Position numbers and translations under genes: made by a program. This document shows, piece by piece, positions 1-9,295 of a DNA stretch of 20,000 bases. Under the pieces are notes generated by a model. The model made no database searches. It had not been told where the DNA came from and saw nothing but the letters and a program-made list of their open reading frames with translations. The DNA comes from a bacterium (GTDB taxonomy: Bacteria; JADJOY01). How positions within the stretch are numbered: position 1 is the stretch's first letter; each line of letters begins with the position of its first letter. The DNA lies in the NCBI GenBank assembly GCA_046331705.1, contig JAXLQJ010000017.1, forward strand, positions 112,439 to 132,438, read 5' to 3'.

Positions 1-1803
1 GACAGCCCCACGCAGGCCGAGCAGCTTCGGATGATCCTCGAGCACGAGGGCTTCCAGGTCGACCACGCGGCCGACGGCGAGCGCGCGTGGGCTCTGTTCA
101 GCGCGTCCCGCGAGCCCTACGACATGGTGCTCAGCGACGTGCTGATGCCCGGCATGACCGGTTACGAGCTGTGCCGCGCCATCAAGGAGCGCGGCGCGAA
201 TCCCTCGACCCCGGTCATCCTCCTGACCGTGCTGCACGACGCCGGCGACATCATCCGCGGCCTCGAATGCGGCGCCGACAACTTCATCACCAAACCGTAC
301 GAGGCCACGTACCTGGTCCGGCGGATTCGTCACATCCTGACCAGCCGCGGCGTCCGCGAGGAATCGAGCCACAAGGTCGGCATCGATCTGGTCTTCATGG
401 GCCGGCGCTTCACGATCTCCGCCCACAAGGAACAGATCCTCGACTTCCTGGTGTCCACCTTCGAGGAGTTCGTGCGCGCCAAGCAGCGCGAGCTCGAGAC
501 GCGGGTCGGTGAGGAGAAGCGACGGCTGATCGAGCTCGAGGCGCTCACCGTCCAGCTCGAGACCGCCAACGCGCGCCTGGAACGCCTGGCGAACCTCGAC
601 CCGCTCACCGAGCTGCTCAACCGACGCGGGCTGGAGCGGGTGCTGGCGAGCGAGGTCAATCGCGCCCAGCGCACCGGCGCGCCGCTGGTCGCGGCGCTGC
701 TCGACTGCGACGACTTCAAGCGCGTCAACGATCGGCTCGGCCACGCGGTGGGCGACGTGGTGCTCACCGAGGTGTCGAAGCGCCTGGAAGCGAGCCTGCG
801 TCCGTCCGATCACGTCGCCCGTGTCGGTGGCGACGAGTTTCTGATCCTGCTGCCCGAGACCCGCTGGGCGGAGGCGCTCAAGGTCGCGGAGCGCGTGCGG
901 CTCGCGGTCTCGGAGGACCCGCTGGTGGTCTTCTCCGAGCCGATCCGCGTCACCGCGAGCCTGGGAGTCGCGCGCCTCCCGTACGAGATCTGCTCGATCG
1001 AGGAAGTGCTCACCCTCACCCGGCTCGCGATCCGCGACAGCAAGCTCGCCGGCAAGAACCGCGTGTCGACCGCCGAGGTCGCGCGGGGCGGCGGCAACGG
1101 CGGCCATTGCGCCGACGTCCGCGAGCTCTTGCGGCAGGAGGACTGTTTCCGCGCCGTCTCGCAACCGATCTTCCACCTCGGCGACGGAAGCCTGGCCGGC
1201 TACGAGTTCCTGACGCGCGGCCCCACGGGTCCGTTCGAGATGCCCGGCGACTTCTTCCGCGTCTGCCTCGAGAGCAACATCCTCACGCTCGTCGATCTGC
1301 GTTGCCTCAAGACCTGCATCGCGGCCACCCGCGATCTCGATCGCAAGCTGCGCTTCCACGTGAATCTGTTCCCGTCGACGCTGCTCGACACCCCGCCCGA
1401 GCGCTTGCTCACGCTCTTCCCCACCACCGCCGATCGCTACTCGTTCTGCGTCGAGATCAGCGAGCAGCAGTTCATCGCCGACCCCGCCGTGCTGCGCGCC
1501 CAGGTGCAGCAGTTCCGCAGCGCGGGCATCAAGGTCGCGATGGACGACGTGGGCTTCGGACGCAGCTCCCTCGAAGCGCTGCTGCTGCTCGAGCCCGACG
1601 TGGTGAAGATCGACCCGAAGTACGTGACGGGCATCGCTCACGACACCGGCAAGGAGCGCTCGCTGCGGCGCCTCGTCAAAGCGGTGGACGCCCTGGGAGC
1701 CGAGTTGGTCGCCGAAGGCATCGAGCACGAGCAGGATCTGATGCTGCTGCGCGACGTCGGCATCCCGTACGGCCAGGGCTTTCTCTGGGGTCGGCCGAGC
1801 TGA
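1..1803 (+). CDS. Response regulator receiver-GGDEF-EAL protein (diguanylate cyclase/phosphodiesterase), 5' end outside window
   Basis: Frame is open from base 1 (DSPTQAEQLRMILE...). REC motifs DMVLSDVLMP, LLT, FITKP. GGDEF domain with DPLT..LNRR, LDCDDFKRVND..GH..GD and RPSD-x5-GGDEF. EAL domain with QPI..YEFLTR, VNL, EISE, DDVGFG, KID, EGIE, QGF. Confidence 0.93.
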   Translation, partial: DSPTQAEQLRMILEHEGFQVDHAADGERAWALFSASREPYDMVLSDVLMPGMTGYELCRAIKERGANPSTPVILLTVLHDAGDIIRGLECGADNFITKPYEATYLVRRIRHILTSRGVREESSHKVGIDLVFMGRRFTISAHKEQILDFLVSTFEEFVRAKQRELETRVGEEKRRLIELEALTVQLETANARLERLANLDPLTELLNRRGLERVLASEVNRAQRTGAPLVAALLDCDDFKRVNDRLGHAVGDVVLTEVSKRLEASLRPSDHVARVGGDEFLILLPETRWAEALKVAERVRLAVSEDPLVVFSEPIRVTASLGVARLPYEICSIEEVLTLTRLAIRDSKLAGKNRVSTAEVARGGGNGGHCADVRELLRQEDCFRAVSQPIFHLGDGSLAGYEFLTRGPTGPFEMPGDFFRVCLESNILTLVDLRCLKTCIAATRDLDRKLRFHVNLFPSTLLDTPPERLLTLFPTTADRYSFCVEISEQQFIADPAVLRAQVQQFRSAGIKVAMDDVGFGRSSLEALLLLEPDVVKIDPKYVTGIAHDTGKERSLRRLVKAVDALGAELVAEGIEHEQDLMLLRDVGIPYGQGFLWGRPS

Positions 1804-1837
1804 GCGGCCCGAGGGCGCGTCGAACCCTCCGCTCGCT

Positions 1838-1866
1838 CGTCGCGGCGGCGAAGCCGCGCCGCGACG
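1838..1866. terminator. GC-rich hairpin between convergent genes (possible terminator or mRNA 3' stabiliser)
   Basis: Perfect 10-bp stem CGTCGCGGCG (1838-1847) / CGCCGCGACG (1857-1866) with a 9-nt loop. No U-tract on either strand. Confidence 0.35.
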
Positions 1867-1888
1867 CACGACCGACGCTAAGCGGCGA

Positions 1889-2581
1889 TCACGAGCCGAC
1901 TCGTCCGGTCACCATCGCGAGCATCGACTCGATCAGCAGGGGATTGAAGTCGGCGACCTCGAACGACTTGAGCAAGATCAGGATGTGGTAGTTGCCGATG
2001 AACGCCCAGGACGCGGCGCTCTCGTCGACCGACGCCGGGATCTCGCCTTGGCGCTTCGCTTCCTTGAGCAGCTCCGCGATCGCGTCGTGGAGCTGCAGGA
2101 AGATCTTCTTGAAGAATCGCAGCGGTTCCTTGAGACCAGCGATCCCTTCGGCGCTGTTGGCGGCGACCTGGTAGAGAATCGCCGCGAACTCGGGATGCGC
2201 ATCGAGGTGCTGGTAGTAGAAGTGCGCGATCTTGCGCAGCGTCGCGAGCGGCGACGCACCCTCGCCGACCACCTCGGTGATGCGCTCCACGAAGAACAAC
2301 GCCACCCGCTGGAACACCTCGCGGAAGAGCGCTTCCTTGCTCTCGAAATGCTTGTAGATGAGCGGCTCGGTGACGCCCAGCTCGGCGGCGATGCCGTTGA
2401 CGGTGGTGTTGGCGTAGCCCGAACGCGCGAACTGGCGCGTCGCGCACTCCAGGATCGCCTGACGACGCTGGTCGCGACTCATGCGCACTCGCGCCGGACC
2501 GGACCCTCCGGTGCCAGCAGCGGACGCTGGCGCGGTTGCGTCCGACGACGCGGGCCGCTTCGGGTTCGTCTCCAGCTTCAT
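1889..2581 (-). CDS. TetR/AcrR family transcriptional regulator (230 aa)
   Basis: HTH signature RRQAILECATRQFARSGYANTTVNGIAAELGVTEPLIYKHFESKEALF. ATG at 2581 is preceded by AGGAGG and overlaps the upstream stop (ATGA). Confidence 0.92.
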   Translation of the reverse strand: MKLETNPKRPASSDATAPASAAGTGGSGPARVRMSRDQRRQAILECATRQFARSGYANTTVNGIAAELGVTEPLIYKHFESKEALFREVFQRVALFFVERITEVVGEGASPLATLRKIAHFYYQHLDAHPEFAAILYQVAANSAEGIAGLKEPLRFFKKIFLQLHDAIAELLKEAKRQGEIPASVDESAASWAFIGNYHILILLKSFEVADFNPLLIESMLAMVTGRVGS

Positions 2582-2928
2582 CGACGCCCTCCTGAGCGCG
2601 ACGGGGCAGCACCCGAGCTCGCGCGCCCGGCGACGGCGAACTTGAGCTCGCGTGCATCGACCGCCGCCTTCACCCGCAACGCGTCCAGCACGCGCCGCTC
2701 CTCGAGCTTGAGATCTTGGCTCACGACCGGGTGGTCCACCTCGATCACGACGGCGCCGTCGCGCCACGCGATCGGACGACTGTGCGCCGCGAGCGTCGCG
2801 CCCGCGGCATCGGGCCACGCGCTGCGCAGCCTGAGCAAGACGCCGCCCGCGCCGAGATCTCCGCCAGCGAACATCCCGGCGAGGACATCCCCCAACGTTT
2901 CCGGTCGTGCGGTGCGTCGCTCGCTCAT
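2578..2928 (-). CDS. DUF721 / DciA-like protein (116 aa)
   Basis: Pattern PETLGDVL...LRSAWPDAAGATLAAHSRPIAWRDGAVVIEVDHPVVSQDLKLEERRVLDAL...LKF matches the DUF721 family (W..xVG..IA.H..P....G.L.V.V......L). Start chosen at MSERR (2928). Confidence 0.75.
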   Translation of the reverse strand: MSERRTARPETLGDVLAGMFAGGDLGAGGVLLRLRSAWPDAAGATLAAHSRPIAWRDGAVVIEVDHPVVSQDLKLEERRVLDALRVKAAVDARELKFAVAGRASSGAAPSRSGGRR

Positions 2929-2964
2929 CGGTGGCCAGTCGACCGTGGCGGCCACGGCTGCGGC

Positions 2965-2994
2965 AGAGTAGCGCTCGGGATCGCCCCAGCACAA
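2965..2994 (-). promoter_or_regulatory. Candidate sigma70-type promoter for the DUF721-TetR pair
   Basis: Minus strand TTGTGC-N18-TACTCT, about 36 nt upstream of the ATG at 2928. Partial consensus only. Confidence 0.25.
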
Positions 2995-3043
2995 GAAATC
3001 TTCGCGTCCGCGCCACATCCGCGAGAACCCTTCTTCGCTTGCC

Positions 3044-3052
3044 TGTTAGGAT
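3044..3052 (+). promoter_or_regulatory. Candidate extended -10 promoter for the histidine kinase operon
   Basis: TG-T-TAGGAT (TGnTAnnnT) ends 8 nt before ATG 3061. No Shine-Dalgarno lies between them. Confidence 0.4.
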
Positions 3053-3060
3053 TCGCGCCC

Positions 3061-4148
3061 ATGGACGCTCCACTCGCGGGCGTGGCCGCGCTGGCGGCGG
3101 CACTGGGCCTGGCGGCGGCGGGGATCCAGCGCGGCGCGATCCGCCGAGAGCGTGCGCTCGCCGCGCGGATCGACGAGCTCTCGCGCGAGCTCGCCTCGGC
3201 GCGCGACCAGCTGGCGGCGCGGCGCGCGGCGAGCGCCGAGTCGCAGGCCCTCGAGGAACGAGCGCGCGCGATCGACGCACGCAAGCTCGAGGTGGATCGA
3301 GCGATCGACGGCATCGCCCGCGCGCAGCGCCAGCTGGTGCAATCCGAGAAGCTCGCGTCCCTGGGCCGGATGGCGGCGGGCGTCGCGCACGAGTTCAACA
3401 ACCCCGCGCAGCATCTCATCATCAACCTGCCGTTCCTGCGCCGCGCCATCGATCGGCTGCGCCGCGTCCTCGACGTCGCGCTCGCGCTGCCGCCCGCCGA
3501 TGCGGCCGCCGCCGAGCGGCTCGCGAAGGCGATGGAGGACGCGAAGCTGGCGCGCACCAACGCGGACCTCGACGAGATCCTCGAGGGCCTCGAGGAGGGC
3601 GCGACCCGCATCGGCGAGCTGGTGCGCGACCTCACGACCTTCTCGCGCATGGACACCGGCGACCTCAAGCAGGTCGACGTCCACGAGGGCCTCGATGCCA
3701 CCATTCGGCTGCTCGGCTATCGCTTGAAGGACCGCATCGAGATCCATCGCGACTACCAGAAGCTGCCCTCCATCCGCTGTCACGCCGGACAGATCAACCA
3801 CGTCTTCATGAACCTGTTCGCGAACGCCGCGGACGCCATCTCGGGACGCGGCAACGTGTGGGTGAAGACCGAGCCCGTGGGCGGAAACCGGATCCGCGTC
3901 CGCATCAGCGACGACGGCTCGGGCATGAGCGCCGAGACCCTGGCCCGCGTCTTCGATCCGTTCTTCACCACCAAGGAGCCCGGGCGCGGAACCGGCCTGG
4001 GCCTTGCTACGAGCTACGACATCGTGACTCGACACGGCGGAAGCATCTCGGCACAAAGCGATCCCGGCATCGGCACGGTCTTCACCGTGGAGCTTCCGCT
4101 CGAGCCCGAGTTCGTGGAAAAGCCCGCGTCCGCGGGGAGATCCGGCGA

Positions 4149-4152
<4 letters not shown>
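3061..4152 (+). CDS. Sensor histidine kinase (NtrB/HupT-like HisKA-HATPase) with one N-terminal hydrophobic segment and a coiled coil (363 aa)
   Basis: [25 protein letters not shown] (H box), NLFANAADA (N box), ISDDGSGM (G1), FDPFFTTK (F box), GTGLGL (G2). Confidence 0.93.
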
Positions 4153-5665
<1,513 letters not shown>

Positions 5666-5669
<4 letters not shown>

Positions 5670-6874
5670 CCGCTGCGGCAGACGGCGACCGGCCCGTTCG
5701 CATCGCGGTTCTCGGGCTCGGGGCCGAGCTCGCGACGCGACTCGAACGCGATCTCGCCGCGGCGAACCAGGCCGCCGAGATCGTGAGGATCGACGAGACC
5801 GGAACGAGCGAGCTCTCGCGGTTCGGCGAGCTCGACCTGGTCGTCGTCGACCCCAAGAGCGGCAGTCACCCGACCGTCGAGCTCCTGACGCAGCTACGTG
5901 CCGCCGTCCCCGGCGCCGGCTTGATCGTGCTCACGCGTCACGCCGACACCGACGACCTCTATCAGGTGGTGCGGCTGGGCGGGATCGAGCGCTACTGGAT
6001 CCTGCCCTGGTCGCACGTCCACGCCGCCGAGCTGGCGCAGCTGGTCGCCGAGCGCAGGCTCGCCAACGAACGCGCCGCGCGTGAGCGCCGGCTGGCCGCG
6101 GAGTGTCGGGAGCTCGCCGCCGAGAACCGGCTGCTGCGCAGCGGCGCGAGCGGTGCCCGTCCGTGGAGCTGGTTTCCTCAGCTCAGCGAGGCGATGCAAT
6201 CGTGCCTTCGCGCCGCCCGCGCGCTCGCCGCCGGCACCGAGGACGTGTGCATCGTCGGCGAGCCCGGCTCGGGGCGAGCCACCCTGGCGCTCGCGCTGCA
6301 CACCCACGGCCCACGCGGCGCGGAGCCGTTCGTGCGCCTACCGGCGGCGCTGCTGCGGCGCGGGACGCTCGACGCAGGCGCCGCGGCACCAACCGAGACC
6401 GGCGAGCTGCACGGCGCGCTGCGCGTCGCCTCGAAGTGGGAAGCGGCGCGCGGCGGCACGCTCTTCGTCGCCGACATCGAGGATCTCGACGACGTGGCCC
6501 AGGCGGTGCTCGCGGGACTCGTCACCGGCGACCTGGCGGGCGGCCGCGAGACGCCTCGCCTCGTGGTGAGCGCCTCGGCGCATCCCCGCGAGCTCGGCGC
6601 CGAGGGCTCACTCCACCCGCGGCTCGCCGAGCGCCTCGCCCCCCACGTGATCGCCGTGCCGTCGCTCCGCGAGCGCGCGGCCGACCTCGCGCCGCTCGCG
6701 ACCCAGCTCCTCGAGGAGTGGTCGGAGCGCGTGAAGCGCCCCGCCCCGGTGCTCGATCACCAGGCGCTGGCGGCGCTCGCGCGCCGCTCGTTCGAAGGCA
6801 ACGTGCGCGAGCTGCGCGAGCTCCTCGAGCACGCCGCGTTCCTGAGCGGCAGCGGTCGCTTGGCCATCCACTGA
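5666..6874 (+). CDS. Degenerate sigma54-activator-like protein (pseudo-receiver + probably inactive AAA+, no HTH; 402 aa)
   Basis: Recognisable remnants GEPGSGRA, GGTLFVADIEDL, VPSLRERAADL, FEGNVREL. GAFTGA is absent and the protein ends just after sensor II. ATGA overlap with the upstream activator. Confidence 0.8.
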
Positions 6875-7102
6875 ACCGGCCGCAGCGGACCCGTCCCGCC
6901 GCCGAAGCGTTGACGGTGGTGGAGGCGCCGCTGACGGCTTGCTGTCGGCGAACGTCGCGAATTGCACGCGTGCGAACGCATCCCGCGCCGGCGGTCACGC
7001 GGGCGGCGCGAGCAACGCGGCGCTCCCACGAATCGGGGGGCGCCGAGGGGTTTCGATCGCGCCATCAATTCGAGACAGTTCCGCACGCTTTCCCGAGCCA
7101 CG

Positions 7103-7119
7103 CTGGCATGGGCGTTGCT
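7103..7119 (+). promoter_or_regulatory. Sigma54 (-24/-12) promoter
   Basis: CTGGCATGGGCGTTGCT versus consensus YTGGCACG-N4-TTGCW. GG(7105-7106)-N10-GC(7117-7118). It is intergenic, upstream of ATG 7158 and directly downstream of two sigma54-activator-type genes. Confidence 0.75.
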
Positions 7120-7157
7120 GATTCCCGCGCTCGTTCGACGAAGCGATCCCCAGCGCC

Positions 7158-7637
7158 ATGCGAGCCAGCGTCGCCGCCCCCCGGAATCCGACGAGCGCAC
7201 GATCGTCGCGGAACGCGCTGGCGCTCGTGCTCGCCGTCGCCGGCGCCGGCGGGTGCTCCGCCCGCGCGCTCGAGCCGCGACTCGCCGACCACGCGTTCGC
7301 CAGCGCCTGGGCCAGCCCGCTGGAGGGACCTGCCGTACGCGACACGCGCTTCGGCGTCGACACCGAGGGCGTGACGCTCTGGCTCGCGTTCGCCGACGTC
7401 CTCGACACCCACACCGTTCGAGTCCGCTGGCGCGATCCCTCGGGACGCATCCAGCGCGACAGCGGACCCATCGCGATCAATCGCGAAGGCGGATACCGTC
7501 CGCGCGCCGGCTTCAGCGCGCGCCTGCCGGTGCGCGACGCACCGGCCTCGTTGTGGCCAGGCGAGTGGATCGCGGAGGTCTCGTGGGACGAGCGACCGCT
7601 CCTCGCCCGCACCTTCGTGCTGACGGAGGCTCGATGA
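7158..7637 (+). CDS. Putative lipoprotein / exported beta-sandwich (Ig-like) protein (159 aa)
   Basis: Basic N-terminus, hydrophobic stretch ALALVLAVAGAGG, then Cys33 (imperfect lipobox). Mature part has the pattern VRVRWRDPSG...PGEWIAEVSWD...RTFVL, typical of small Ig-like domains. Its stop overlaps the next ATG. Confidence 0.65.
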   Translation: MRASVAAPRNPTSARSSRNALALVLAVAGAGGCSARALEPRLADHAFASAWASPLEGPAVRDTRFGVDTEGVTLWLAFADVLDTHTVRVRWRDPSGRIQRDSGPIAINREGGYRPRAGFSARLPVRDAPASLWPGEWIAEVSWDERPLLARTFVLTEAR

Positions 7638-8611
7638 ATCTCGCCGCCCCCTCGCCAGCGCCGCTCAGCGCCGCCGCCTCGTTCGTCCACGGCTACCCGT
7701 TCGAGGCGTGGTTGGCCGATCGCGGCCGCGCCACGCCGGCCGAGGCCGCGGCGCTGGTCGCGAGCCTGGCGGCGCAGCTCGAGGCCGCCCGCGCGGTGGG
7801 CGTGACGCCCGGGCTGGCGGTGCCGCGGCTGGTTCGCATCGACGCCACGGGCGCCCCGACCCTCGACGTCTGGGCCGCGACTCGACAGCAGACCCATCCC
7901 GAGGATGCGAGCGCCGCGCGGATGAGGTTCGGCCCGCCACCTGGCGAGACGCTCGACGAGCGCTCGGACGTCTACGTGCTCGGCGTGGTGCTCTACCACC
8001 TGCTCACCGGGCGCTTCCCGTGCACGGGCTCGAATCCGGTGGAGCTGGCGCTCGCGCACCGTCACCACGAGGTCGAAGCGCCCTCACGCATCGTGCCGGG
8101 ACTGCCGGAGGCGCTCGACGCGCTCACGCTGAGCTGCCTCGCGAAGGACCCCAGCGCCCGTCCCACGTCGCTCGCCCTGCTCGCCGACAAGCTCACCGGC
8201 AAGCTGCCCGAGCCGCTTCGCGAGCCGCCGCCGCCGGCGAATCCCGCTTCGCCGCTGCCGAACGTGCGCAGCGCCACGCTTCCGAGCGCCGCTCTGCCAC
8301 CCGCGCTCGCGGCGCCCGCACCCAGTCGGCGCGGCGGCGCCTGGCCGATCGCGCTCGCGGTGCTCGCGGCCGCCGCCGGCGGATGGCAGCTCGCGTCCCG
8401 ATCGACGGCGGGCCGAGACGTCACGATCGCGGCGCCGCTGGCGACCCCCGCGGTCCCCGCAGCGCCGATGCCGCGCATCGCCGCCGAGCCCACCGCCTCG
8501 GCGCCAACGGCGTCGCCCGCAGCGGCGGCCCCCGAGCCCGCGACCCGCGCGGCGACCGCTGCGCCGGTGACGGCGCCCCCGACGGAGCCCCCGACGCGGC
8601 CCACGCCGTAG
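7634..8611 (+). CDS. Membrane-anchored Ser/Thr pseudokinase (C-lobe only) + Pro/Ala linker; N-terminal part of a gene interrupted by TAG
   Basis: GGAGG RBS and ATGA overlap at 7634. Kinase subdomains IX-XI are clear (DERSDVYVLGVVLYHLLTGRFP; CLAKDPSARP). TM segment WPIALAVLAAAAGGWQLA. Ends in the middle of the Pro/Ala linker at TAG 8609-8611. Confidence 0.75.
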   Translation: MNLAAPSPAPLSAAASFVHGYPFEAWLADRGRATPAEAAALVASLAAQLEAARAVGVTPGLAVPRLVRIDATGAPTLDVWAATRQQTHPEDASAARMRFGPPPGETLDERSDVYVLGVVLYHLLTGRFPCTGSNPVELALAHRHHEVEAPSRIVPGLPEALDALTLSCLAKDPSARPTSLALLADKLTGKLPEPLREPPPPANPASPLPNVRSATLPSAALPPALAAPAPSRRGGAWPIALAVLAAAAGGWQLASRSTAGRDVTIAAPLATPAVPAAPMPRIAAEPTASAPTASPAAAAPEPATRAATAAPVTAPPTEPPTRPTP

Positions 8612-9295
8612 CGATCGCACCCCGAGACGCCGAGCGCGAGACCACGCACCCAACCCGTCCGCGCCGCTGCGCCGGCACCGGCGAGCGCGTCCGTCGTCGC
8701 GCCGCCCAGTCCGGCGCCAGCCACGACGGTCACGCCCGCCGTGCCCGCCGCGCACGGCGATCACGAGGCGGAGGTGATGCGATTGCTCGCCGAGGGCGAC
8801 GCGCTGCTGCGACAGAAGAAGTATCTCGGCGGCAGCGAGCCCGGCGCGCTCGATCGCTATCGCGCGGTGCTCGAGCTCGCGCCCCAGCACGCCGAGGCGG
8901 GCGCCAAGGTCCACCTCATCCGGACGACGTACCTCACCCTCGCCCGCGAGCGTCGCGACGGCGGCGATTTCGAGGCCGCGCACCGCTACCTGAGCGGCCT
9001 CGATCGCGCGTTCCCGGGAGACGCGGAGATCACCCGCGAGCTGCTGGCCGTCGACGCGGCGCGGGCCGACGCGAGCCGCACCGGCGAGCTCACGATCGAG
9101 GTGCGCCCGTGGGGCAACGTGTTCGTGGACGGGAAGTTCGTGGATCAGACGCCGATGCCGCCGCTCGCCCTGGGCGCCGGTGCCCACAAGATCGAGGTCG
9201 AGGGCGAGCGCGGCCGTCGCAAGAGCGTCGACGTGACCGTCCACGGCGGCGAGCACCGACGTGTCGCGATCGATCTGGAGAGCGGTGATGGCTGA
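8612..9295 (+). CDS. In-frame continuation after the TAG: Pro/Ala linker, TPR-like helices and C-terminal PEGA-like domain
   Basis: Same frame as 7634-8611 and open from 8612 to TGA 9293-9295. ALDRYRAVLELAPQHAEA is TPR-like. GELTIEVRPWGNVFVDGKFVDQTP..LGAGAHKIEV is PEGA-like. An independent start (GTG 8741 or ATG 8777) is possible but would lack an export signal. Confidence 0.7.
   Translation, partial: RSHPETPSARPRTQPVRAAAPAPASASVVAPPSPAPATTVTPAVPAAHGDHEAEVMRLLAEGDALLRQKKYLGGSEPGALDRYRAVLELAPQHAEAGAKVHLIRTTYLTLARERRDGGDFEAAHRYLSGLDRAFPGDAEITRELLAVDAARADASRTGELTIEVRPWGNVFVDGKFVDQTPMPPLALGAGAHKIEVEGERGRRKSVDVTVHGGEHRRVAIDLESGDG

Noticed and set aside
7063-7080. IHF site between the candidate enhancers and the sigma54 promoter
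   Set aside because: CATCAATTCGAGA contains ATCAA but lacks the TTR of WATCAANNNNTTR, so the match is too weak to call.
8609-8611. Genome-wide TAG reassignment as the explanation for the internal amber codon
   Set aside because: TAG appears to be the normal terminator of the kinase (10279-10281) and Uma2 (19519-19521) genes, and no other gene in the window has an internal TAG.
8420-8760. Repeat-like low-complexity DNA
   Set aside because: It is explained by Pro/Ala/Thr linker codons. I found no regular repeat unit or repeat-spacer structure, so it is not a CRISPR array or tandem repeat.
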